Of a DNA stretch of 64,000 nt, positions 52,432 to 64,000 are shown piece by piece. Under the pieces are notes generated by a model. That model saw only the letters and a program-made list of their open reading frames with translations. It had not been told where the DNA came from and made no database searches. Source of the DNA: Octopus bimaculoides (Eukaryota); assembly GCF_001194135.2 (NCBI RefSeq), contig NC_068988.1:27424748-27488747 (forward strand). The letters run 5' to 3'. The first letter of the stretch is position 1; the number at the start of each line of letters is the position of its first letter. Position numbers and translations under genes: made by a program.

Positions 52432-55023
52432 NNNNNNNNNNNNNNNNNNNNNNNNNNNNNNNNNNNNNNNNNNNNNNNNNNNNNNNNNNNNNNNNNNNNN
52501 NNNNNNNNNNNNNNNNNNNNNNNNNNNNNNNNNNNNNNNNNNNNNNNNNNNNNNNNNNNNNNNNNNNNNNNNNNNNNNNNNNNNNNNNNNNNNNNNNNNN
52601 NNNNNNNNNNNNNNNNNNNNNNNNNNNNNNNNNNNNNNNNNNNNNNNNNNNNNNNNNNNNNNNNNNNNNNNNNNNNNNNNNNNNNNNNNNNNNNNNNNNN
52701 NNNNNNNNNNNNNNNNNNNNNNNNNNNNNNNNNNNNNNNNNNNNNNNNNNNNNNNNNNNNNNNNNNNNNNNNNNNNNNNNNNNNNNNNNNNNNNNNNNNN
52801 NNNNNNNNNNNNNNNNNNNNNNNNNNNNNNNNNNNNNNNNNNNNNNNNNNNNNNNNNNNNNNNNNNNNNNNNNNNNNNNNNNNNNNNNNNNNNNNNNNNN
52901 NNNNNNNNNNNNNNNNNNNNNNNNNNNNNNNNNNNNNNNNNNNNNNNNNNNNNNNNNNNNNNNNNNNNNNNNNNNNNNNNNNNNNNNNNNNNNNNNNNNN
53001 NNNNNNNNNNNNNNNNNNNNNNNNNNNNNNNNNNNNNNNNNNNNNNNNNNNNNNGATACAGGTGCATTAAATGTAAACAATCAGCACCACCACCACCACC
53101 ACCCCACCTCCAGTTAAAAACCTGTTCTTTTTGCTTTATATCTTCAAATACATTGGAATCCAAAAACCTAAAGGATATCACGTAGTTACCTAACTAAAGT
53201 GTAATTCAATTCAGTTTATTGTATGCAAGTTTTATAACGAACTGGTTTTGATATAATTGTTAAAGTTTATCTTTTGATCATACATTTTCTGCCTTTTTTT
53301 TTTTCTTTAATAAAAACAAGTTTGATTATGTTTAATTTGCTCCTCTCCCCTCCATTGCATATTTAATCCAGTATAATAACCCCAAAAGTTAACAAATGAA
53401 AACTGAACGAAATTTTTCTTTATATGTGCAGTTAGTGTTTAGATGTATTTTCCATTAGTGCTTAAATACCTAAATGAAACTTTTTTTTGTTTTGTTTATG
53501 TACTCAGGTGTGGGAAAATACTTTAATCTGCAGTTTGTTTTTCTTGTAATTGCTTTTGATTTTTGTCTAACCTGTAATTATAACTTACTCTGCTTAGAGA
53601 TATTGATGAGAGGTAGACTGCATACTTAATATCCAAATGGTTTACTGCAAATGCACACATACAAATATGTATTTATGTGTAGGTGTAGCTGTGTGGTAAG
53701 AAGTTTGCTTCCCAACCATGTGATCTAGAGTTCAGTTCCATTTAATGGCACCTTGGGCAAGTATCATTTAATATAGCCCCAAGCTGACCAAAGCCATGTG
53801 TGGGTGTGTATATGTATGCATATATGTGTGTATGTATATATGTATGTGTGCATGTATGTATATATGCGTGTGTGCGTGTGCTACCATCTTATCACCTTGA
53901 CTTTATTTAATAGTTGTAAATGAGTATCACTGTTATACAAGCAGTGTCCTTTGGTTTTAGCCTGCTGCATAAATATATCTGATTATGGTGAAATATTACC
54001 TTATTTCAAAATAGGTGAAAGTTAGTGTTAAGAACAGCTTTCAGCCACAGAAACCATGAAACTTTGCCAGTGCAGACACTGGAACACAGCACTGTCCTTT
54101 GACCCTCCCCAAGATACAAGAAAACCTGCTTCAACACATAAGTTCACTTCAAGAATCTTGGAAACCAAATACAAACACCAAATATATATATTATTTTTCT
54201 GTTAGCATAAATTTTAATTTAATTTGGTTCATATTACCTAAAAGGATGTAAAAGCATTTTATCAAATGAAAATAGAGAAAAAAAAATCATTAATTAAAAT
54301 GTAAGCAGTTAAAATTTTCGCCTCGGAGTTCAATGCTGGGTTACACTGACATTTTAACACAACCTACTCCATCTCTACTGCAGCCCACATAAAAAAAAAA
54401 ATACCCCAAAAAGCACTTTTTGTAGTTTTATAAGAGCAGATTACTGATGCATATTTCTTATTAAAATCATCTTTTATCCAAGAACATCACGACTATTTTG
54501 GCATTCATAAATGCTTTAGATTTCTTTTTAACTTATAAGTTAAGTCTGTACCAATCAGAATGACTGGTGCCAAGTCTAGAGAGAACACCGAACAGAGAAT
54601 TTTTGTTGTGTTCCATTAATGTTTACAGAAACATCTCCAAAATATCTAGTCAGGTTTTTGTCCTGATCAAAAACAATGGCTTTTTAGATATAAGCTATAG
54701 GTGCTTATTTTTAAGAACTTAGCTAGAAATTTTCCAATTGCTGACAGTTATTCTCAGCATTTGTATTTTGGTTTGATTCTAAAAAGTTATACTTAATTCT
54801 TTACATATTCTCCCTGAACATAGACCAACCCAATATTTCATATCAAAGACAGAATTACATCACCTTCCTTTGATGTTTGAAGAAATGTTTTTAAACATTG
54901 GATGAATGTCATGTAATACTTTTTTTGTAAGGTTTTATCTGAGAATGTTTTTCTATCTTCTATCATAATTCAATATAAAATATCTACAACAATTTGACAC
55001 ACACATGCCTTCCTTTGTCCATT

Positions 55024-55390
55024 AATGTTTTTAACTAGCTATGACAGGCATGAGCTTAACCCCATACATGGTGGTTATACTTCAGTAAAATACATATTAA
55101 AATATTTGCCCTGCTGCTCTTTCCCAACTGCAGTCTGAAGATTTGCTTGTATGATATATTTGTATACTATATTATTGAAATGCATCAAAAATTTTTCGAA
55201 AAAAAGATAAAGCTTTAAAAATAAACTTCAAATGTTTTTAACTAACTATGACAGCCATAAACTTAACCCATAAATGGTGGTTAGATTTTTCAGTGAATAT
55301 GTGTTAAAATACTTTACTGGCTGTCCTTTTCCATCTGCAGCATGTAGTGTTGTTGTAATATATCTGCATGCATTATATATTTCTATACTA
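55024..55390. repeat. Diverged tandem duplication, period about 207 bp
   Basis: aatgtttttaacta...gtggtta...ctgcag at 55024-55173 and 55231-55390. Confidence 0.85.
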
Positions 55391-55393
55391 ATT

Positions 55394-55811
55394 GGTGCAG
55401 ACATGGTTGTGTGGTGAGAAGCTTAACTCCCAACCACATGGTTATGGGTTCAGTCTCATTCTGTGGCACCTTGGACAAGTGTCTTCTTTAGCCTCAGGCC
55501 AACCAAAATGTTGTGAGTGGATTTGGTAGATGGAAACTGAAAGAAACCCATTGTGTGTGTGTGTGTGTGTGTGTGTGTTTGTGTATGTATAATGTATGTA
55601 TATATTGATGTATGTATCTGTGTTTGCCTCCCATCCCCACTTGATAAATGGTGTTGGTGTGTTTCCATCTCTGTAACTTAGTGGTTCAGCAAAAGAGACC
55701 GATAGAATAAGTACTACGCTTTAAAAAAAAAGTCATGTTGTCGATTCCTTCAAGACGGTGCCCCAGCATGGCCGCAGTCAAATGACTGAAACAAGTAAAA
55801 GATAAAAGATA
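55394..55811 (+). mobile_element. Full-length SINE family A
   Basis: Colinear with 3188-3600; tail gaaacaagtaaaagataaaagata. Confidence 0.85.
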
Positions 55812-58559
55812 TAACCAAAATACATTAAAATTAAAGAAAAATCAAAAAAAAAAAAAAATGGAAACTTCAGAATTCATTGTTTAGCTATAGCTTAATAATT
55901 TCAATATTGAAAAATGTTAAAGTTTTCGAGCAACTTGGATAATTTGTATTTCGATAATTATTATTTTCTGTAGTTTCTAAAATGGTGAGAGTATTTATAT
56001 TAAAAAAAGATGTGAAACTTTTTTTTTTATCACTCTTGACTAATTTCTATCAAACAAAAAAAAAAAAAAAATGCAGCTGAAATTCGTAACTTGAGTTCAG
56101 GCTCAACGTGTGCTTGATCTAATCAATCCTCGTTTAACTTCTGTTTAAAAAAAAAAAAAAGAATATTTGGTACAATTATCAGTATAACACCTGCCAACTT
56201 AATTTGGAAAAATTACAACATTTCCATTACTTAGTTCATCACATTGTCATTATCATCATCATCATATTGTCATCATCACCATCATTAACATCATTATTAT
56301 TGTCATCATCATCATCATCATCAGCATCATTATCATCATCATCACCATTGTACTTATTTCTTTTAATATCCATTTTCCCATGGTTACTGACATCAAATGG
56401 AGCCAGTTCATGGCTGTTATGAGCTGAAGCAAGAACGTTGAAACAAAATTTGTTATTGTCATTGTTAAATAACATTTAGTCATCTCTAGCAACACAAACC
56501 AGTGACTTCGAAGATAGCCAATTGAATATTTTGAAATGGCTTGCAGGACTAACTCTTTGAAAAAACCATGCTTTTGTCTGATTTAATATAATTTTGTATG
56601 CACCAGTGAGTTGCTGTGTAGCAATAGATCAATCTTAATCAAGCAGACCTATAATCAAAGGCATTCCAACTGTGACCATCCCTTTTTTTTTCTTTTAGGG
56701 ATGTTTGGAATTGTATTATCTTATGTGTCATCATCATCATCCAGCGTTTTAAATCTGGGTTTTCTCCCCGTTAACAGGGTGGCCGGATCTACCTCAGTGC
56801 CATAGCAACCAAGGTAGGCAAGTGCAGCCCACCTCTGCATTTGGGCTGGCTGGCTGGTGCCCATTCTCCTTTGCTATCATGATGCTTTTTTGGAGCTGGA
56901 TTTTCTACGGGGAGCATGCCCTTGCTTACTCCCAACCCCAGTTTCTAGACATGAGTGGTCCTGAGACCAAGGCCAAGGCCTCTACCATGAATTTGGTCCC
57001 ACTGCATGGCATCTTGGGCAAGTGTTTTCTACTATAACCCTGGGCTGACCAAAGCCTTGCGAGTGGATTTGGTAGATAGAAACTGAAAGAAGCACATTGT
57101 GCGTGTGTGTGAGTGCGCCCATGTCTTGACTTTGTTGTTTGTAAGCAAGTACCACTGCCAAACAACCTAGATTGTTTGTTTCCGATTTTCTGTGAAAAAC
57201 CTGGCCATAGGGAAATATTATCTTGCTTAGAAACAGGTGAGTGTTGGTGAGAGGAATGCTATATGGCCTTAAAAAATCTGCCTCAACAAATTCCATCTGA
57301 CCAATGCTAGCATAGAAAAGTGTGCATTAAATGATGATGATGATAATCCTAATAGATGAATATATAGAATTTCAAAGGCATCAAAGATGCAAATTCCTTA
57401 ATTTAGATTTTGAAAGTCTGTAAAACTACTAAATGGAATATTTCCTAACTTCTATTCAAAACTCTACAGACTCATATAAGAAAATGTTGAAAGAAAAATG
57501 AATTGAAAACTGAGTTTACTTAAAAGTTTTATTTTTTTATTAAAAATCTTCCACACCAATTATTGGTATCGAAGACGATGGAGTCATTCGCATTAAGCAT
57601 TACTGTTTATTGTTGTTACCATTCCATCCTGTCTGGCGAGGATAAATGAGTTTTAATGTAGAATGTCAGAGTGTTGTTTTGTCACCATTTACTACTGTTT
57701 GGTGTTTGCATTGATGGAACCGTAATATATAATCAGTTGTGTTTTCTTCAATTTAACTTCACCAACACACCACCACCACCACCACCACCACCACTACCAC
57801 CACCACCACCACTGCCATTCACCATCATAACCATTATCATCACCACCATCACAATCTTTGCCATTTTCAACATGTTGTTGTTAACTTGAGAAGAACTTCT
57901 TATGTAAAATTGTAACATTAACTTGTGCAAGAGAGCCACTTTAAGCAGAAAATTGCACTGTTTAAAGGATCTGGAGATGGTAAATATTTACATCACATGC
58001 AAGTGAAATGTTTACCTTCAGAAAGTTTGCAGAGATAAAATCAATTTATTATGTAATTTCTTCATTTTACAAGTAAACCTTAAACCAGTATGCCTGTGTA
58101 AACATTTCAGTCTCTTCAATTTAAATTTGATTCTGCATCTCTTATGCCTCAAATTATGTAACTGATTGGTATACTTGGTCCCGTTTGTAACCTTTCAAAT
58201 TCAATTTCTTCTACTTGAATAGAAATTTTCTGGAGACGCAATAACCAAAGGGGTAAACTATCAGCTTCTATCCTATCGCTATTTCCCATTAAAAACCTTC
58301 CAATCGCCGTCTCCTTAGTTGAAGTTGAAAATTGCGGGTAGTGTAGTTGGGTATATAATACATCTCTGTCAAACTGACTTGTGGTTTGGAAGGTGGGTTT
58401 TTTTTTTTTTTTTCTCTTTGAATTATCTTTATATTTCATTTACAGAAAGAGGGAGTAGAAAAGGGTTTCCAGCTTCTATGATCTTAACTTTCTGCCATGT
58501 CTATCAAAATTGTCGATGTTCTCCTTGCTCAACGCTTTCTTTGTTAAAATTGTGAACTT

Positions 58560-58953
58560 AGGCGCAGGAGTGGCTGTGAGGTAAGAAGCTTGCTTCCCAA
58601 CCACAAGGTTCTGGGTTCAGCTCCACTGCGTGGCACCTAGGGCAAGTGTCTTCTGCTATAGCCACAGGCCAACCAAAGCCTTGTGAGTGGATTTGGTAAA
58701 CGGAAACTGAAAGAAGCTCTTCATATATATGTGTGTGTGTGTCTGTGCTTGCCCCACCACCACCACCACCCCTTGACAACCGATGATGGTGTGTTTACGT
58801 CCCCCATAACTAAGCGATTCAGCAAAAAAAACAGACCGATAGAATAAATACTAGGCTTACAAAAAATAAATCCTTGAGTCAGTTTGTTTGACTAAAGGCG
58901 GTGCTCCAGCATGGTTGCAGTCAAATGACTGAAACAAGTAAAAGAATAAAAGA
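58560..58953 (+). mobile_element. Full-length SINE family A
   Basis: Colinear with 3188-3600. Confidence 0.85.
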
Positions 58954-59768
58954 AAGTGATCATCTTCTGTGGCAAAAGGGAATTTTTTGTTAAGAATTAT
59001 TCAGTGCTGGGAAGGAAAAAATTATAAATGGTCACACACATATTTAAGCAACTTCCTCTGTTTCAACTTAAACTAGGTATGGTCGTGTGGTTAGGAAGCT
59101 TGCTTCCCAACCATGTGGCCTTGGGTCCAGTCTCGCTGCATGGTACCTTGAGCAAATGTCTTCTGCTCTAGCCCCAGGCTAACTGAGATAGAAACTGAGA
59201 GAAGCCCATTTTATGTAGTGGTGTGTGTGTGTGTGAATACCCTTGTCTAGACATTATGACTATCATTGCCATACAAACAAGATTGTTCATTTCCAATAAT
59301 CTGTGAAAAACATGTCTGGGGAAATATTTACTTGAAAATAGGTAAAAATAATCTTTTCTACTCTAGGCACAAGGCCTGAAATTTTTGTGGAGGGGGCCAG
59401 TCAATTAGATCGACCCCAGTACGCAACTGGTACCTATGCCAGCATGAAAAAGTGGATTCTAAATGATGATGATTAATCTTCACTTATATGAAAATTTGCG
59501 TTTCCTTTACATATATTTTGTTGCTTTCTTCAATAATTGTACATATTATTTTAGCTCTGTCTTTTCACAAGCAGATGATATTTACCCAACATTTCAAATT
59601 TTAAATATAATTGTGTTGTCTTTACAAACAAGGGTTATGAAAGTAGAATATAGAATTTTATTTTGTATTTACCTGTTTATTTTTTTCTATTAAGTTTCTT
59701 CTTTATAAAGTTTTGTAATTTTAAAAAAAGCAACTAATAACAATCATCTTTTTGGTTTCTGATTCCAG

Positions 59769-59857
59769 ACAGTCACCATGGCAGTTTTAGTGGTCCAGGT
59801 ATTCAACATCCATCCTCATTTTATTCAAGTGTCATTACAGAAGATTCTGGCAGAAAA
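59769..59857 (+). CDS. Probable 89-nt internal coding exon of an unidentified gene (xSHHGSFSGPGIQHPSSFYSSVITEDSGRK)
   Basis: Acceptor catctttttggtttctgattccag, donor aaa|gtaagg; GC above the flanks; open phase 1 to 0 frame with natural composition (a second frame is also open). Confidence 0.5.
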
Positions 59858-60366
59858 GTAAGGTTTTTTTTCCAAATTCATTTCCAACGTGTTAAAATTT
59901 TGTAGTTGTTATACTAATAGCTTTACAGAAGACACCTGTTTTCAGTTAATTTATTCTCCATACTTTCCCTCTTAATTATAAAGTATTACCCACATACACA
60001 TCCTGGAGTCTTAATTTAATAGCTTTGCATGAATAAATCCAGCAATCAGTAATTAGCACCGCAGTTAAATTTTACTATTGAAACTTGCTTTGATTATGTC
60101 ACCAGACTTATACCAATTTATCAGGTTCTCTGAATTATTATTCACACAAATTCAGCTCATCTGGTGACTGGTGACAACTTGCTTTACTGTGCCAATAATA
60201 CCCATATGTTTCCAATGGTAAATTTCATTAATTTTCTTATTACTGGAGCCATATGTTTCCATGTACAGCTTTTGAATATTTGTCAATTATTTGCTTGATT
60301 GACTGCATTTGAAATTTCGTGCTAGTATCAGACACCAATACTTCGAAAATATATAAATATATATAT

Positions 60367-60399
<33 letters not shown>

Positions 60400-60514
60400 T
60401 CTGAGTAAACATTCTGAGATGACAAATGCTCAGCCAATAGGAAAGCAAAGCATTTAATATTCTCTTTTGTATTTTAACACACAGCTTATATACTTACACG
60501 TAAACTAACAAACA

Positions 60515-60870
60515 AGCTTACAATAACATGCACACTTTTAAGTAATTAACAAAAATATTTTTTATAGCCAACTGTCGGAACACTAGAAACAAACTATGCA
60601 ACAGTTTGTTTCTGTTTTTATGCTGTCATGTGTTCCTCATTAAAATTGCAACTGAATATTAAACAGAACAAGAACAGCTTACACCTAATTTAATTAAATG
60701 TTTATTTTTCTTATTAATCAGAAGGTATTGCCTTAACTCTTGCCTTACTTGTGGATGCAAAAATCTACCCAAATACAAATACCCGAATGTTACCTTGACA
60801 TTAATAAGTAGTCCTTTTGGATGCATTAGTATTGTTTTAAAAGATGGAATTTGAGGCTTTCATCATCATC
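60515..60870. repeat. Copy A of an approximately 350-bp dispersed local duplication
   Basis: Colinear with 62800-63115 (gcttacaat...tagccaactg...actatgcaacagt...cagcttacacct...ggaatttgag). Confidence 0.85.
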
Positions 60871-61374
60871 TAAATAGACTTGGTTTCATATTCAAGACAA
60901 CAAAATTATTTTGCAATTTTCCTTTATTTTTTATCGTTTACTTGTTCCAACCATTGAACTGTGGCCATGCTGGGGTACTGCATTAAAGGGTTTAGTCAAG
61001 TAGATCAACCCCAGTACTTTTTTTTTTTTAGTTGAGAGATCTTATAAGTAACTTGGTGGCCTTGCTGATACCAGTGCCATGCAAAAAGCACCACAAGATA
61101 CTCTGTAAAGTGATTAGCATTAGGAAGGGCATCCAGCCGTAGAAACCATGCCATAGCTGACATTGGAGTTGGGTGCAGTCCTCTAGCTCACCAGCTCTTG
61201 TCGAACCATCCAACCCATGCCAGCATGGAGAAAATGATGTTAAATGATGTTGACAAGGGGACTTGTTCTATTGGTTACGTTTGCCTAACTTCTAAGTTAT
61301 GGGTGATGTAAACAAACTAACACCTGTTGTCAAGTGGTAAGGGGCCAAGCACAAACACCGAGAAAAATACATAC

Positions 61375-61560
61375 ACAGACACACACACACACACGTTTAT
61401 GACAGGCTTCCACACAGTTTCCATCTACCAAATTCACTCACAGGGCTTTAGTTGACTCAGGGCTATAGTAGAAAACACCTGCCCAATGTGCCACATAGTA
61501 GAACTGAACCTGAAACCATGTGCTTACAAAGCAAGCTTCTTAACCACACAGCCATACCTG
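61375..61560 (-). mobile_element. SINE family A, 5' half
   Basis: Reverse complement of the head and CORE-like domain. Confidence 0.75.
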
Positions 61561-62084
61561 ATTTTTTTTTTATTACCAATTAACAATTTATAAACTCATA
61601 ATACTTAAATAATATTTCTGAGTTAGTGGTATATAACTGACCTAAATTTTGTTGTGCCTTGGGAAGGTCATTATGTCTATAGTAACACATGCACTGGTTC
61701 AATACCACTTCTTTATTGTTAGCGAATTTGTTAAATATCTAACCAACTAACTAATTGATCATTTAATGTGTTGGTTAAACACTCAGTTAGCTGTTTGTTA
61801 GTCAAAGTTCTTTCACCACAGTTCGTTATCTTTTCAATGACTTAGTGACTTCCCCTGTCACTCCAGAGTCTGTTTTTAACTAAGTTTATCAAAGTCAATC
61901 TAACAATAAAACTGTGTTTGGCTTGACAACACAATGAAGTTGTCCGCATTACCATTATTTCAAGAGCCTAGGATTCAGTTTCAAACTCGAGAAAGCAAAA
62001 GTATTTTGCAATGTTTCTTCAATTATTTTGTTTGTATTATTATTACTTAGGTAATATAGGTGCAGGTAAAAGCAGCAAGCAGGT

Positions 62085-62375
62085 GGCAAAATTGTGAGCA
62101 TGCCAGGCAAAATGCTTAGCAGTATATTGTCTCTTTACGTTCTGAGTTCAAATTTCGCTGAGGTCGATGTTGCCTTTCATCCTTTTGGGGGTCAATAAAT
62201 TAAGTACCAGTTGCATACTGAGGTCAATCTAATCAACTGGCCCCCTCCCCAAAAATTTTGGGCCTTGTGCCTAGATTAGAAAAGAATATCTGCACATACA
62301 CTTTCCACCGAGGTCGACTTTACCTTTCATCCTTTCGAGGTCAATAAATTAAGTACCAGTTGCATACTCAGGTCG
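62085..62375 (+). mobile_element. SINE family B, full copy plus adjacent partial copy
   Basis: Family B core at about 62155-62225 and again at about 62305-62375. Confidence 0.8.
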
Positions 62376-62799
62376 TTAAAAAATTATGTGAAATAAATCA
62401 GTCACACTTCTACAGTACACAAAATATTTTAACAATATTTTTTTTATGAATAGAAAAATTATTATTTCTAAATCTCTCAACAGTACTCTAGAATAAAGAT
62501 TATTTGCTAACACAATGTGGCAGTCCTGGTTAGGACAGTAACATTTGTCATAACCAGGACTCTCACACTATGTTGGCAAATATTCTTTACAATATTTTTT
62601 TATACAATTCCTAATAATATTTAATTATAAAAATATAATGGGATTTTTTTAAAACTTCAAATGGCTACAGGAGTAAAATGGGAATCAAAGGAGACCCACA
62701 GGCAAAAAATGGTTGAGACCCACTAGTCTAGCTGAAAGTAGTTGTTGCTAATAAGGAAAAAGGTGTTACTAATGAACAAAAAGGTGTTACTAATAAACC

Positions 62800-63115
62800 T
62801 GCTTACAATGATGCTCCCATACAGAAACTTTTAAGCAATTAACAAAAATGTATTTCATAGCCAACTGCTAGAACAATAAAAACTATGCAACAGTTTTTTT
62901 GTTTTTTTTCCCTCATGTGTTCATCATTAAAATTGTGACTGAATGTTAAACAAAACAGCTTACACCTGAATTAATAGGCATTTTTCCTTTCGTGTTTTAT
63001 TGTTAATCAGAACGTATTGCCTTAGCTTTTGTCTTAACAATAATGACTACATCCTTGTTAGCTATTTTACTATTGTTTAAAAAGATTGGGACTGGAATTT
63101 GAGACTTTCATCATT
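62800..63115. repeat. Copy B of the approximately 350-bp duplication
   Basis: Colinear with 60515-60870. Confidence 0.85.
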
Positions 63116-63129
63116 TAATAGATTCATTT

Positions 63130-63420
63130 TGAAATTCTCCCCTAAAATTGCTGGCCTTGTGCCAAAATTTGAAACCAATATCCCATGTTAGTTTATATTC
63201 CAACACCACCTTAGTAATCCTTTCCACTATAGACACAAGGCCTGAAATTTTGGGGTAGGAGGCTTATTGATTACATTGACCCCAGTGCTCAACTGGTACT
63301 TAATTCATTGACCCCCAAAAGTCAACCTTGGTGAAATTTGAATTCAGAACATGAAGAGGGGCAAAATGCCGTGAAGCATTTCACTCAGTAAGCTAATGAT
63401 TCTGCTCACTCACTGCTTTA
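63130..63420. mobile_element. Family B fragments: plus-strand 3' end (about 63130-63180) and a minus-strand copy (about 63215-63420)
   Basis: ggccttgtgccaaaatttgaaacc; reverse-complement core and head followed by (AAT)n. Confidence 0.75.
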
Positions 63421-64000
63421 ATAATAACAACAAAGTTATTTTATGAAATTCTTTGTCATTTTCAAAAATAATTAAAACCAACAGAAGCATGGTAACAAAA
63501 AGGTTAAAAGGAATTGGTTTACCCAGGTTCAAAATTGTTGTTTGGGTGAAACTGGCCTGCTTGAAACAACAAAAATACAAATAGAATAGTCCATAATGGT
63601 CAGTTAAATTTCCTTCTTGTAAATAAAGGAATATTAACAAGCAACTTCCATTTTCTCAAGACTGAAAATTGAAAATTATTTGAGGTTTTCTTTCTGTATG
63701 TAAGCTGCATAATGTACTCAAACTATGTTTTAAATAATTACTCTGTATCACACAGGGAATGAACAGGTTTTATCAAGATTTCTTTAATTATTTTATATTT
63801 TGACAAGTTGTTTTATTTATTTATTAGTTATTCTATTTTCGATGTTGTGCTTGGTGACAAACTAAGTGGTCTTACTCCCTAGAGACAAGCAAAATAAATA
63901 CAAATTTCTTTGCAGCTGAGCATTTTCTTTGCATGTCACTTTGGTGTTGATTAACAAGAAGCTGATGTGCTGAGTTAATAACTGTCCTTTCTTTGGCAGC

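Noticed and set aside
186-57400. Several ATGCAAAT octamers, including palindromic atgcaaatttgcat near 46567
   Set aside because: The count seems compatible with chance in such AT-rich DNA, with no clustering beyond the pair at about 186-210.
57561-57644. IIGIEDDGVIR resembles the AlbA/Schlafen IGVxDDG motif
   Set aside because: It is flanked by stops with no splice sites or other domain motifs.
60722-63013. 3-nt microexon-like aag (60722-60724) and aac (63011-63013) between taatcag and gtattg in both duplicate copies
   Set aside because: Shared only through the duplication, with a weak donor; untestable from sequence alone.
11-64000. Long ORFs in the track (e.g. 11-709, 45371-46122, 52192-53185, 34250-34913)
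   Set aside because: They are open only because they run through N gaps or (TA)/(TG)/(CA)/(ATT) microsatellites; the peptides are YI/CV/HT/poly-I repeats.

Overview
Eukaryotic, AT-rich, CpG-depleted, repeat-dense scaffold segment with seven N gaps, most adjoining microsatellites. The SINE families (tRNA-type heads, CORE-like and V-like central domains, (GAT)n and (ATT)n tails) and microsatellite load suggest a cephalopod, probably Octopus; this is inference, not a database match. No rRNA, genuine tRNA gene, CRISPR array or recognisable conserved protein-coding gene is visible. Nearly all ORFs in the track are microsatellite, gap or repeat artefacts. Supported content: dozens of SINE copies from about five families, a decayed R4/Dong-type RLE retrotransposon 3' end, RTE/LINE remnants, piggyBac-type (TTAA) MITEs, a hAT element with an 8-bp TSD, local duplications, and a few isolated exon candidates. 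The best exon candidate is 59769-59857 (+); a speculative 4-exon minus-strand model spans 3736-25921. The most striking observation is a tRNA-headed element (34107-35125) carrying a minimal type-I hammerhead ribozyme core of the Penelope-associated kind. SINE boundaries are approximate, and only representative copies are listed.
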